Shown here piece by piece: positions 1-9,742 of a DNA stretch of 64,000 nt. Numbering within the stretch: the stretch's first letter is position 1; every line of letters begins with the position of its first letter. The stretch is taken from assembly GCA_019414265.1 (NCBI GenBank), contig DXMJ01000008.1, positions 8,540-72,539 of the forward strand, in the 5' to 3' direction. A program made the translations under genes and the position numbers. This DNA comes from Collinsella sp. (lineage in GTDB: Bacteria; Actinomycetota; Coriobacteriia; Coriobacteriales; Coriobacteriaceae). A model generated the notes under the pieces. It did not search any database. It was not told where the DNA came from and worked only from the letters and a program-made list of their open reading frames with translations.

Positions 1-347
1 ATAGTGCCGGCGAGTGCCACGATAAACATGTCGAGCCAACTGATCTGGTCGGCATAGCCCAGCATCCAGGCGCCCGGGATGGTAAACGCCAGACCGCCGG
101 CGACCATGGCGCCTGCGGACATGATGGTGTGGGTGACGTTGGCCTCGTTGAGGCTGGCGTTGCCCATGAGCTTCAGGAAGAACAGCGAAATGACGGCAGC
201 GAAAATGATCGGCCAGGGGAGGGCGCCCATCTTGAGGGCAGTATAGGCCGAGCTTGCCGTGATGATCACGCAGCCAAGGACGCCGATGACGACGCCGCGC
301 AGCGTGAGTTGACCGCGCATCGAGGTGCGGTTCGAGGGATTGCTCAT
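1..347 (-). CDS. OPT/YSL family oligopeptide transporter (N-terminal part; runs off the window)
   Basis: Manual translation from ATG at 347 after RBS AAAGGAG: MSNPSNRTSMRGQLTLRGVVIGVLGCVIITASSAYTALKMGALPWPIIFAAVIS...NEANVTHTIMSAGAMVAGGLAFTIPG, a typical OPT N-terminus. Confidence 0.8.
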   Translation of the reverse strand, partial: MSNPSNRTSMRGQLTLRGVVIGVLGCVIITASSAYTALKMGALPWPIIFAAVISLFFLKLMGNASLNEANVTHTIMSAGAMVAGGLAFTIPGAWMLGYADQISWLDMFIVALAGT

Positions 348-549
348 ATAGAACTCCTTTGCGTATATCCGCTTCCCCCGGGAGCGCCGCTACGGATACG
401 GCGCGGGAAGTCGGGTTACCAAGGGCCGACGCGTGAGCTCACGTACGACCGCGCATCAGTATAGCCGCAAGGTAGTCAATTTGGGATGGGGCTTTTTAGC
501 TGGTTTGGGTAGGCGATATACTGCTGGGCAGACGAAAGGAGCGCCGACG

Positions 550-1401
550 ATGCTTAATGGGTGCGCATATATATTGACGGTCGACGTGGGCAACACATTC
601 ATTCGCTTTGGCCTGTTTGCCGAGGATTCGGCCGCGGCGCAGGAATGCCCGCTTGCGACGTGCGAGATCACGACGCCGTCGAGCATCACGGCCGACGAGG
701 CGCGTATGAGGCTCGTACAGGTCATGGGCGCGCTAGCAATCGATGCGGGCATGCCGGGTGTGCTCGTTCCCGCGGCGGCCGTGCTGAGTTGTGTGGTGCC
801 GGCGCTCGAGCGCCCGTGGAAGGCGGCGCTTTCCCGCACCTGCACGGGGCGCGTGCTCACCGTGGGGCCGGGCCTCAAGACCGGCATGCCCGTGCACTAC
901 GACGATCCGGCCGAGATCGGCCCCGACCGCATCGCCGACGCCGTGGCGGCCCGTGCCGTCTACGGCTCTCCGTGCATCGTGATCGACCTGGGCACTACGA
1001 CCAATATCGAGGTCATCGATGCGCGCGGAACCTTTGTCGGCGGCGTTATCGCGCCGGGTCTGGCGCTTGGCGCCCGCTCGCTTTCGGCCGCTGCGGCGCG
1101 CCTGCCGCAGGTCGAGCCCTCGGCACCCACGCATGTGATCGGTCGCAACACGCGCGAGGCCATGCGCTCAGGCGTGGTCTTGGGCGAGGTGGCCCGTATC
1201 GACGGCATGCTCGACATGGTGCTTGCCGAGATGCGCGCGACCAAGGCGGCGGGGGAGGGCAGCGTGCCCATCGTCATCACCGGCGACGATGCCGAGGCGC
1301 TCGCGGCGTTGGTCGGCCACAGCCTGACGGTCGATGACGCGTTGACGCTTCGCGGCCTGGCCGAGCTCTACCACATCAATCAAAAGCCCCGTCGCGCGTA
1401 G
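550..1401 (+). CDS. coaX: Type III pantothenate kinase
   Basis: VDVGNT, IGPDR, VIDLGTTT and GGVIAPG motifs; RBS AAAGGA before ATG 550. Confidence 0.9.
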   Translation: MLNGCAYILTVDVGNTFIRFGLFAEDSAAAQECPLATCEITTPSSITADEARMRLVQVMGALAIDAGMPGVLVPAAAVLSCVVPALERPWKAALSRTCTGRVLTVGPGLKTGMPVHYDDPAEIGPDRIADAVAARAVYGSPCIVIDLGTTTNIEVIDARGTFVGGVIAPGLALGARSLSAAAARLPQVEPSAPTHVIGRNTREAMRSGVVLGEVARIDGMLDMVLAEMRATKAAGEGSVPIVITGDDAEALAALVGHSLTVDDALTLRGLAELYHINQKPRRA

Positions 1402-1484
1402 CGATGGGGGCGGTGGAACAAAAACGTCTCCACCTTTCACCTGCTACAATGGGTCAAACTATTGCGATTTCGGAGGTGTCTGCC

Positions 1485-2009
1485 ATGTCGGACGATCTTC
1501 ATCAAACTGCGTCGGGCAAGCGCCGCGACGTTATTAGCTGGGACGAGTTCTTTATGAGCGTGGCCATCGCCGCGCAGCGCCGCAGCAAAGATCCCAATAC
1601 GCAGGTGGGCGCGTGCATCGCCAGCACCAACCACCGCATCCTTTCGGTGGGCTACAACGGTACGCCCTCGGCACTCAACGACGACTTTTTTCCGTGGGGC
1701 ACGAGCGATGACCCGCTGCAGGACAAGCATAACTACGTAGTCCATGCCGAAGCCAACGCCGTGCTCAACTACCGCGGCTCGCTCAAAGACCTTGAGGGTT
1801 CCACGGTCTACGTCACGCTGTTCCCGTGTCATGACTGCGCCAAGATCCTGGCGCAGGTGGGCGTGGGCGAGGTTGTCTACCTGGACAATAAGTACGCCGA
1901 CACCGACGACGGCCGCATCAGCCGTCGCATTCTCGACTCCTGCGGCATTAGCTACCGCCAGGTTATCGTCGATGTCCACATCGGCACCGGGGAACAAACT
2001 CAGCAGTAG
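1485..2009 (+). CDS. dCMP deaminase (ComEB-like)
   Basis: RSKDPNTQVGACI, HAEANA and PCHDC zinc-binding motifs; GGAGG RBS. Confidence 0.9.
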   Translation: MSDDLHQTASGKRRDVISWDEFFMSVAIAAQRRSKDPNTQVGACIASTNHRILSVGYNGTPSALNDDFFPWGTSDDPLQDKHNYVVHAEANAVLNYRGSLKDLEGSTVYVTLFPCHDCAKILAQVGVGEVVYLDNKYADTDDGRISRRILDSCGISYRQVIVDVHIGTGEQTQQ

Positions 2010-2186
2010 CGGCAGCGTGTGCTAGCGCCGGGCGTCGGCAAAAGCAGCTAAAAAAGCCCCGTCCCAAATTGACTGCTCGTGAAAGTCGTGTCCGCACGCA
2101 TGGCTGGCGCCTAAGCGGGTACATGGCTGTAGTAACATAGCCCCTGTCCGCGGGCGTGCCCGCGTTATTGTGAGAAAGGAGCCCCT

Positions 2187-2465
2187 GTGGCTGTTAACGA
2201 AGAGCTGCTTAAGAAGGTTCTTGAGGAGATCCGCCCCAACCTGCAGGCTGACGGCGGCGATATGGAGTATGTGGGCGTCGACGACGAGGGCGTCGTCCAG
2301 CTTGAGCTTCAGGGTGCCTGCGCCGGCTGCCCTATGAGCGCACTGACCCTGTCCATGGGTATCGAGCGTATTCTCAAGGAGCACGTACCCGGCGTTACCC
2401 GTGTCGAGCAGGTCAATGCCTCCGGCGAGACCGAGGACCTGTACGACGAGTACGCGCCGTTCTAA
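2187..2465 (+). CDS. NifU/NfuA-like Fe-S cluster carrier protein
   Basis: IRPNLQADGGD and GACAGCP motifs; AAAGGAG RBS, GTG start. Confidence 0.9.
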   Translation: MAVNEELLKKVLEEIRPNLQADGGDMEYVGVDDEGVVQLELQGACAGCPMSALTLSMGIERILKEHVPGVTRVEQVNASGETEDLYDEYAPF

Positions 2466-2574
2466 GATGCGAAAGCTGCGGACGGCGTACTCCGCATAGA
2501 CGTTACGCCCAAATATGCGGCTGCGAGCGAAAGGCCCGCGGCCGCATTTGTATGTAGGGAGTAGGAGGGTCGAC

Positions 2575-3396
2575 ATGCTCAACGACCTCTACCATATGCT
2601 TGATCCCGTCGCCATTTCGGCGGGGCCCATCACCATCTACTGGTACGGCTTGGCCTATGTGGTCGGAGCTCTGCTCACGGCGGTCGTCATGTACCGCACA
2701 CAGCGCCGTTGGGGTTTCGATATTACAGGCGACGACCTGACAAGCGTCGTGGTCGGCGTGGTCTTTGGCCTTATCATCGGCGCCCGCCTGTTCTACGTCA
2801 TCTTTTACGGCGACGGCTACTACTGGGTACATCCGCTCGAGATCTTTGCCACCAACGAGGGCGGCATGAGCTTTCATGGCGGCCTGGTGGGCGGCATCAT
2901 CGGTGGCGCGCTCGTGTGCCGTATGTACAAGCTCGATGCCTGGACTATCGCCGACCTTGCCGTTATCGGTGCTCCGCTGGCCCTGTGCCTGGGGCGCTGC
3001 GCCAACTTTGTCAACGGCGAGCTGTGGGGCAAGCCGACCGATCTGCCCTGGGGTGTGATCTTCGGCGGCGCCGCGGGCGATATGCCACGTCACCCCTCCC
3101 AGCTCTACGAGGCATTTCTCGAGGGCATTGTGCTCTTCTGCATTCTGCAGGTGTTCAGCCGCAAAAAACCGCTGCTGCCCCAGGGTACGTTTATGGGCGT
3201 GTTTGTGATGGGTTACGGCATCGTCCGCTTCCTCGTTGAGTTTGTGCGCGTGCCCGATGCCCAGCTGGGCTATCTGCTGGGCGGCGTCATCACCATGGGT
3301 CAGCTGCTGAGCCTGCCGCTCGTAATCGCAGGACTGGCGCTCATCATCTTCGCCCGACACCGCAATCGCCCCCAGCGCATCTACCTCGACGCCTAG
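2575..3396 (+). CDS. lgt: Prolipoprotein diacylglyceryl transferase
   Basis: WYGLAY, GGMSFHGG, GRCANFVNGELWG and RHPSQLYE motifs. Confidence 0.95.
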   Translation: MLNDLYHMLDPVAISAGPITIYWYGLAYVVGALLTAVVMYRTQRRWGFDITGDDLTSVVVGVVFGLIIGARLFYVIFYGDGYYWVHPLEIFATNEGGMSFHGGLVGGIIGGALVCRMYKLDAWTIADLAVIGAPLALCLGRCANFVNGELWGKPTDLPWGVIFGGAAGDMPRHPSQLYEAFLEGIVLFCILQVFSRKKPLLPQGTFMGVFVMGYGIVRFLVEFVRVPDAQLGYLLGGVITMGQLLSLPLVIAGLALIIFARHRNRPQRIYLDA

Positions 3397-3407
3397 CCAC
3401 CACATGT

Positions 3408-3438
3408 CACCACAAGGGGGACAGGCACCTTTGTGGTG
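3408..3438 (+). repeat. REP-like palindrome with GGGGACAGG loop
   Basis: CACCACAAG-GGGGACAGGCACC-TTTGTGGTG immediately after lgt. Confidence 0.65.
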
Positions 3439-3468
3439 GTTTTGCCGGGCAACGATGACAGAACCGTA

Positions 3469-3521
3469 ACGTTTCCCCAGATAAAACCTGCCAAAATAAA
3501 CCTGTCCCTTTTTGGCAGGTT
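3469..3521 (-). repeat. REP-like element of about 53 bp, copy 1 of 3
   Basis: Reverse complement AACCTGCCAAAAAGGGACAGGTTTATTTTGGCAGGTTTTATCTGGGGAAACGT; near-identical to 8361-8413 and 35255-35307. Confidence 0.85.
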
Positions 3522-3542
3522 TCTAGAAAGGCTATTCGGACT

Positions 3543-5726
3543 GTGAAGGATTCCGACCTCTCCACAACGGCTGCGCGCGACGCTGCCCGCATCGTCTGGT
3601 TTAAGCGCTACCCCGCCAAGCAGACGCTCATCGCATTTCTGCTCGCGCTGTTGGCGACCACAGCGTTTTCCATCGATCCCGCCCCGGTGTCGAGCAACGC
3701 AGTCTTGGCGATTGACCCCAAAGCCTCGGGCATGCTGTACGTGTGCTACGAGGTGCTCCTCTCATTTGCCGGCCATACCGACGCGGTCATGCTGCTTGCG
3801 CTTGCCTGCCTGCTCACGCTGCCGTTTCGCTACGTGTTCTTTGGCCGTGGCGACACCTGGCGCCCATCGATTATTCTGCCGTCGCTGTTTTTCGCCATCT
3901 GCATGGTGTTCGGCCGCAGCTACGACCTCACCGACTCGGCCGAGATTGTTCTTGGCGACAAGGCCCGCATCATCTGCGCCTGGATTGGCGGCGCGGGCTG
4001 GATGCTCCTAGCGATCGTGGCCTTCTACCTTGCCTTTGAGTGCCTGGATTGGCTGAGCTCTCGGCGCATCCCGTTTTCCGAGGCGCACTTTGGCCGCATA
4101 TGGCGTGTGGCTCACGCCGTGCTCTCGGTCCATCCCTTTGCCGGGCCCTTCCTGGTGTTTATGATCGCCTGGGCGCCCACGCTCATCGCTTCGCTGCCCG
4201 GCCTTTTTATGGGGGACACCGGCGCGCAGATTCGTCAGTGGTTCAACTATCCCAACGGCACGAGCGACTACCTACGCCTGCTCAATCCTAATGTGTTGCT
4301 CAACGGGCATCATCCCGTAGTGCACACGGCCATTATCGGCTCGTGCGTTCAGCTGGGGCTTTCGCTGTTCAACAGCGCTAACGCGGGCCTCATCATCTAT
4401 ACCTGCGCTCAATTTGTCATCACGGCTGCCTGCATGGCCTATTCCATTTCGTCGCTGCGCAAACTGGGCGTGAGCCTGCCGGTTCGCGGTGCGATCCTGC
4501 TGTTCTTTGCGTTTATGCCGATGTTCTCTAACTACGCGGCCCTGCTTACCAAAGACGTGCTCTTTGCCGACGCGTTTTTGGTGCTGCTGGTACAGACCGT
4601 CAAGCTCGTGGCATGTGGCTTGCCCCGTCGTGATGCCAATGCCGAGCGTGCGGGCGAACAGAGGCCCGTGCTCTTTGCGCGCCACGACTGGCTGTTGCTT
4701 GCGCTGGCTGCCATGGGTTCCACGTTTTTGCGCAATGGCGGTCTGGTCTTTCCGTTGGCGGCCTGCGTGATTGCGGCGGCGTTTTGCGCATGGGACGTGC
4801 ATGTGGCTCGTCGTGCAGCCAAGCAGGCTGGTGCTGCGCCTTCGGGCGCCATCCCGCGTTTCCGCTGGGTGGGAGTTCTTGCGGTGCTTGCTCTCTGCCT
4901 TGCCTCTAATATGTACTTCACCAAGGTCTTTATGCCGGCGCACGATATCACGCCTGGTTCCAAGCGCGAAATCCTCTCGATTCCGTTCCAACAGACGGCT
5001 CGTTTCGTCCAAAAGCACGACGGCCTCAACTCGGGCGTCAACCCCACGGTAAAGGAGGACGGCACCATCGTGGAGGCTCCTTGCGACGGCTTGGTGACCG
5101 ACGAGGAGCACGCCGTGATCGACCGGGTGCTCAAGTACGAGAATCTGGGCCGCCGTTACAACCCGGATAAGTCGGATGCCGTCAAGAACTGCTTTAACGA
5201 GTACGCCTCGCAGGAGGACATCAAGGCCTATTTTGAGGTCTGGGCGCAGATGTTCAAAAAGGATCCCGAGTGCTATATCTCGGCGCTCATCAATAACTAT
5301 TACGGCTACTTTTATCCGAGCGCGCGCGATGCCTGGGTCTACAGCACGGCGCGTAGTGCCGAGATCATGGCGCGTCCCGACAACCTCAAGTACTTCGACT
5401 TCCATCCGGTTGACAGCAACGTGGTGCGCTGGTGCGACCACCTGATCAATCTGTACCGTGTGGCGGTGCAGCGCATCCCGTTTATTTCGCTCACCATGAG
5501 CTCGGCCACCTATGTGTGGATTATGATCGCCGTGGTGGTCTACCTGCTGCGTCGTCATTCATGGCGTGCGCTGGCGATCTGGGTGCCGCTGTTGGGCGTG
5601 CTCGCCGTGTGCCTGATTGGTCCCTGCAACGGTTCGACCTATATGCGCTACCTGTATCCGGTCATCGCCTGCATGCCCTTCGCCATCGGCGCCACCGTCA
5701 CCTGCAGTGACTTCCTCTGGTCCTAA
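3543..5726 (+). CDS. Large polytopic membrane protein (DUF6020-like, possible GT-C type glycosyltransferase)
   Basis: Many TM segments; PG..MGDT, HHPVVHT, TKDVLF, LSIPFQQTAR and RYLYP motifs; start codon uncertain. Confidence 0.65.
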   Translation: MKDSDLSTTAARDAARIVWFKRYPAKQTLIAFLLALLATTAFSIDPAPVSSNAVLAIDPKASGMLYVCYEVLLSFAGHTDAVMLLALACLLTLPFRYVFFGRGDTWRPSIILPSLFFAICMVFGRSYDLTDSAEIVLGDKARIICAWIGGAGWMLLAIVAFYLAFECLDWLSSRRIPFSEAHFGRIWRVAHAVLSVHPFAGPFLVFMIAWAPTLIASLPGLFMGDTGAQIRQWFNYPNGTSDYLRLLNPNVLLNGHHPVVHTAIIGSCVQLGLSLFNSANAGLIIYTCAQFVITAACMAYSISSLRKLGVSLPVRGAILLFFAFMPMFSNYAALLTKDVLFADAFLVLLVQTVKLVACGLPRRDANAERAGEQRPVLFARHDWLLLALAAMGSTFLRNGGLVFPLAACVIAAAFCAWDVHVARRAAKQAGAAPSGAIPRFRWVGVLAVLALCLASNMYFTKVFMPAHDITPGSKREILSIPFQQTARFVQKHDGLNSGVNPTVKEDGTIVEAPCDGLVTDEEHAVIDRVLKYENLGRRYNPDKSDAVKNCFNEYASQEDIKAYFEVWAQMFKKDPECYISALINNYYGYFYPSARDAWVYSTARSAEIMARPDNLKYFDFHPVDSNVVRWCDHLINLYRVAVQRIPFISLTMSSATYVWIMIAVVVYLLRRHSWRALAIWVPLLGVLAVCLIGPCNGSTYMRYLYPVIACMPFAIGATVTCSDFLWS

Positions 5727-5727
5727 C

Positions 5728-5760
5728 TTGGTGCATTGGGGTCAGGTCTCTTTGCACCAA
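5728..5760 (+). repeat. REP-like palindrome with GGGGTCAGG loop
   Basis: TTGGTGCATT-GGGGTCAGGTCTC-TTTGCACCAA just after a stop codon; arms shared with 42866-42900. Confidence 0.65.
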
Positions 5761-5891
5761 AGGGGGCATCATCACGACGCCTTCATTTTTTTGTTTATCT
5801 CACAGGCCAGTAGGTATATCATTTATAGCGTTTGTTTATATTGCCCGAGCATTCGCGCTGGGCTTTAGGTCGAAACCGATAGGAGACACGT

Positions 5892-6698
5892 ATGTCCGGA
5901 CACTCTAAGTGGGCCACAACCAAGCATCGTAAGGGCGCGCAGGACGCCAAGCGTTCCGCCCTCTTCTCCAAGCTCAGCCGCAACATCACCGTTGCTGCCC
6001 GTCTCGGCGGCGACCCGCTGCCCGAGAACAACGCCAGCCTCGCCGCTGCCGTTGCCAAGGCTAAGGCTCAGTCCATGCCTAAGGACAAGATCAAGTCTGC
6101 TATCGATAAGGCCTTTGGTTCGGGTGCCGACGCCGCCGTCTATGAGAACATCGTGTACGAGGGTTACGGTCCCGCCGGTGTCGCCGTCTACGTCGACTGC
6201 CTGACCGACAACCGCAACCGCACCGCTGCCGACGTCCGTTCCGCCTTCTCCCACGCTGGTGGCAACCTGGGCACCTCCGGTTCCGTCGCCTTCCAGTTTG
6301 AGCGCAAGGGCCAGATCGTCGTTGCCAAGGAGATCCTGGACGAGAACGCCAAGAAGGAGACCATGATCGCCAACGGTGCTGCCGGTGACGAGGATGAGTT
6401 CATGATGGCGATCGCCGAGGCCGGTGGTGAGGACTACGAGGACGCCGGCGAGGAGTGGATCGTCTGGACCGCTGCCAACGACGTCATGGCTGTCTCCAAG
6501 GCACTCGAGGAGCAGGGCGTCCAGGTCAAGGGCTCCGAGACCACCATGGTTCCGACCACTCCGACCGAGGTCTCCGGTGCCGACGCCAAGAAGGTTCAGC
6601 GCCTCATCGACCGTCTTGAGGAGCTCGACGACGTCCAGGACGTCTACAGCACCATGGACATGACCGACGAGGTCATCGCTGCCCTCGAGGAGGAGTAG
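5892..6698 (+). CDS. YebC/PmpR family protein
   Basis: MSGHSKW..KHRK, YEGYGPAGVA, TDNRNRT and LEELDDVQDVY motifs. Confidence 0.95.
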   Translation: MSGHSKWATTKHRKGAQDAKRSALFSKLSRNITVAARLGGDPLPENNASLAAAVAKAKAQSMPKDKIKSAIDKAFGSGADAAVYENIVYEGYGPAGVAVYVDCLTDNRNRTAADVRSAFSHAGGNLGTSGSVAFQFERKGQIVVAKEILDENAKKETMIANGAAGDEDEFMMAIAEAGGEDYEDAGEEWIVWTAANDVMAVSKALEEQGVQVKGSETTMVPTTPTEVSGADAKKVQRLIDRLEELDDVQDVYSTMDMTDEVIAALEEE

Positions 6699-6767
6699 CG
6701 CCCGCACGGATTGAGCCGTGCATATCTGGGCATAATGAAGCGAGCATGCAAGCCTCGTGGAATAGAT

Positions 6768-6810
6768 GAGCCGGATCCGCGTGCATGAGGCACCGGACCC
6801 GGCTCTTTTA
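6768..6810 (+). terminator. Intrinsic terminator after yebC
   Basis: GAGCCGG...CCGGCTC stem followed by a T-run. Confidence 0.55.
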
Positions 6811-6864
6811 TAATGATGCGAATCGTTTTGCATTCTGTGGATCGAGATTTGAAGGGAGCGCTGC

Positions 6865-7410
6865 ATGCGCGTGCTCAAACGAGCCCTGGCGATCGTGTAT
6901 CTTGCCTCCGCCGTCGTGGCGCTGGGTACGTTAGTCTGCCAGTTTTGGGGGCCATATACCTATCGCTTTATGCTGCTGATGCGCGATCCGCTGCCTCGCA
7001 TCGTTGTTACGGCGTGCGGCGGTGTCGTGGCGCTCGGCGTGCTCGTGGGTTTCTTCCGCCTGATGTTTGCTCGTCGCGAGCCGTCCTGCGTGCATCCGGC
7101 GGGGGAGCGCAATATCGAGGTCACGCTCGCTGCCCTCTCCTCGTGTGCCCGCACCGCGGCAGAGCGCGACGACCGAGTGATGATCGAGCATGTCGAGGCG
7201 CGCGTGCAGGGCTCCGACGAATCGCACGTCCGTTTTAAGGTTGACGCCATCGCGCTCGACGACCGGGACGTGGCCTCCCTTGCAGCCGCGATGCAGCAAC
7301 GTATCGAGGAGGCCTGCGACACTATGCTCGGCACGCCGGGCACGACTGCGCGCGTTCGTTTTTTGCCGTCCAAGACTACCGTCCAGACCGTGGAGGTTTC
7401 CGGTGAGTGA
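6865..7410 (+). CDS. amaP: Alkaline shock response membrane anchor protein AmaP-like
   Basis: Two N-terminal TM helices plus an Asp23-like soluble part; first gene of the amaP-DUF2273-asp23 arrangement. Confidence 0.7.
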   Translation: MRVLKRALAIVYLASAVVALGTLVCQFWGPYTYRFMLLMRDPLPRIVVTACGGVVALGVLVGFFRLMFARREPSCVHPAGERNIEVTLAALSSCARTAAERDDRVMIEHVEARVQGSDESHVRFKVDAIALDDRDVASLAAAMQQRIEEACDTMLGTPGTTARVRFLPSKTTVQTVEVSGE

Positions 7411-7780
7411 TACCAATCAAGACAAGACCGCCCGCACGCCGCGCCTGACTATCGATCAGAGCGCCGCGCCGGCAGGCGAGGTCGTCGATCCCAAGGTAGA
7501 GGGTACCGAGTCACATGACGCGGTCGCCGATGATTTTGATGAGGCCATGGGTCTCATCAAGGGTACGGGGGCAGCCATCTGGAGCTATGCCGTCCGTCAT
7601 CCCAACACCACGCTTGGAGCCGTCGCTGGTTTTGTGCTCGCCGTGCTGGTGCTCACGCTCGGCCTGTGGGATACGCTCGTCATCGCTTTCTTTGTGCTGA
7701 TCGGCGCCGTGATTGGCCAGATCCGCGACGGCGAGAACGGGATCGTCAACTTCTTCGGCCGTCTGCTTAGCGGCCGCTAG
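7403..7780 (+). CDS. DUF2273 small membrane protein
   Basis: GTG 7403 after GGAGG; HPNTTLGAVAGFVLAVLVLTLGLWDTL..IGAVIG..RDG pattern; position between amaP and asp23. Confidence 0.75.
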   Translation: MSDTNQDKTARTPRLTIDQSAAPAGEVVDPKVEGTESHDAVADDFDEAMGLIKGTGAAIWSYAVRHPNTTLGAVAGFVLAVLVLTLGLWDTLVIAFFVLIGAVIGQIRDGENGIVNFFGRLLSGR

Positions 7781-7824
7781 CATGTATTCGACCGCCGCGT
7801 GTGCGGTGGGCATAAGGAGGAACC

Positions 7825-8346
7825 ATGGCTTTTAACACGAAGGTCGATGTGGCCGATACCGAGCTCGAGGTAGACGAGACCGTCACCGCCGAGGCCGAGG
7901 ACGTAACGCTCGAGGACGAGGCGCTCGTCGAGGCCGAACCCGCCGACGATGCGGACGAGGATGATGGGGAAGCGGACGAGTCCGAGGACTCGCTGACCTA
8001 TTCCAACGGTGTGATCGAGAAGATCGTCGCCATGGCCACCCGCGAGGTACCGCACGTCCTGGGCATGAAGGGCAACCTCATGCACTTTGTGCAGGAGCAG
8101 TTTGGTGCCGAGAATCTGACCAAGGGCGTGACAGTCGAGGTCACCGATGACAACCGCGTGGTCGTTAACATTTCCGTCATTATCGAGTACGGCGCCTATG
8201 CGCCCGCGATTTTCGACGACGTTAAGGCGCGCGTGACCGAGCGTCTGGCTGCGATGACCGGCCTTGAGGTGGCAGGCGTCAACCTGCGCATCGAGGATGT
8301 CATCACCCCCGAGGAGTACGAGCACCGCACCAACCAGCACGAGTAA
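7825..8346 (+). CDS. Asp23/Gls24 family envelope stress protein
   Basis: VIEKIVAMA..EVP, KGVTVEV and MTGLEV..VNLRIEDV motifs; AAGGAGG RBS. Confidence 0.9.
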   Translation: MAFNTKVDVADTELEVDETVTAEAEDVTLEDEALVEAEPADDADEDDGEADESEDSLTYSNGVIEKIVAMATREVPHVLGMKGNLMHFVQEQFGAENLTKGVTVEVTDDNRVVVNISVIIEYGAYAPAIFDDVKARVTERLAAMTGLEVAGVNLRIEDVITPEEYEHRTNQHE

Positions 8347-8360
8347 CCTACCAAAAAGGT

Positions 8361-8413
8361 AACCTGCCAAAAAGGGACAGGTTTATTTTGGCAGGTTTTA
8401 TCTGCGAAAACGT
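8361..8413 (+). repeat. REP-like element of about 53 bp, copy 2 of 3
   Basis: AACCTGCCAAAAAGGGACAGGTTTATTTTGGCAGGTTTTATCTGCGAAAACGT; preceded by a partial copy of the left arm at 8345-8359. Confidence 0.85.
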
Positions 8414-8569
8414 CAAACGGCCGGTCGCACGGATGTATGTGCGGCCGGCCGTTATTTGTATGCCCCCGATGTAGGCATACCGCTCGTCTAACTAGGGGTT
8501 GCAATCGTCACGTTCCGCGTTACCCTAATGGGCGCATTGTTTCCAAATTGTTAACGAGGGGTTGCCGTA

Positions 8570-9592
8570 ATGGCTGACGAGCGCAAAACAGAAAGCAAGG
8601 CATGGGCGATTGAGGCCGCCGCGGCAGAGGCGGCATCGCGAGCTGCCGAGGAGCTACATCGTCCTCCCGTGGTGCCGATGGAGCGCGTGGTCGATCGCAC
8701 CGATATCGAGCGCGGCGAGCGTGCCGGCCAAAAGCGCAGCCAGGAGCCAGGCTTCCCGCGCTTTTTCGCCGAGCTCAATCTAGGTCTGATTCTTACGGCT
8801 TTTGCCATCGTTGCGTTTAAAACCCCTAATCACTTTGCTTTTGGCGGCACCTCGGGCGTGTCGGTCATTCTGTCCACGCTGTTCCCGACCCTGCCCGTCG
8901 GCGTCTTTATGTGGATTATCAACGCGGTTCTCGTCGTCTTGGGCTTTATCTTTTTGGAGCGCAAGGCAATCCTGTGGAGCGTCTTCGCCTCGTTTGCGCT
9001 GTCCGCCTATGTTTCGCTGTTTGAGCTTTTTATTCCGACCGATGTCTCGATGACGGGCGATATGTGGCTCGACCTGTGCTTTGCCGTGATTCTGCCGGCG
9101 CTCGGCAGCGCCATCGTTTTTGATATCGGCGCCTCGACGGGCGGCACGGACATCCTCGCTATGATCCTCAAACGCCGTACCACACTCGAGATTGGCCGCG
9201 CGCTGTTGCTGGTCGATATCGGCATCGTGACCATCGCGGCCTTCTTGTACGGTCCGCGCGTCGGTCTGTACTGCGTGCTCGGCCTGTTTGCCAAGACGCT
9301 TGTGGTCGACAAGGCCATCGAGGGCATTCACCTGCGCAAAGTCTGCACGATCATTTGCTCCGAGCCGCGCAAAGTTGAGGAGTTTATCGTCAAACATCTC
9401 AACCGTACGGCGACTATCAGCCGCGGCTACGGTGCCTTTTCGGGCAAGTGCGTGACGGTGATCATGAGCGTGCTGAGCCGTCGCGAGGCCGTGCAACTGC
9501 GCCGCTATGCGCGCGAGGTCGATCCGGGTGCCTTTATCACGATTGTCGACAGCTCCGAGATCGTCGGCAAGGGTTTCCGCGGCACGAACTAG
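8570..9592 (+). CDS. YitT family membrane protein
   Basis: GGTSGVS, ASTGGTDILA, C-terminal DPGAFITI..SSEIVGKGF. Confidence 0.9.
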   Translation: MADERKTESKAWAIEAAAAEAASRAAEELHRPPVVPMERVVDRTDIERGERAGQKRSQEPGFPRFFAELNLGLILTAFAIVAFKTPNHFAFGGTSGVSVILSTLFPTLPVGVFMWIINAVLVVLGFIFLERKAILWSVFASFALSAYVSLFELFIPTDVSMTGDMWLDLCFAVILPALGSAIVFDIGASTGGTDILAMILKRRTTLEIGRALLLVDIGIVTIAAFLYGPRVGLYCVLGLFAKTLVVDKAIEGIHLRKVCTIICSEPRKVEEFIVKHLNRTATISRGYGAFSGKCVTVIMSVLSRREAVQLRRYAREVDPGAFITIVDSSEIVGKGFRGTN

Positions 9593-9742
9593 CGCGGACA
9601 CACTCATCAAACAATCGAAAAGCGCCTCGCGCGTTGCAAATACGTCATCTAAGAGTATTTGTCCTCACATTGGGTGATAATGATGCCAAAGACATCGTTT
9701 GCGATCCAGGTGATTCGCTCTAGATACGAAGGGATGATTTCG

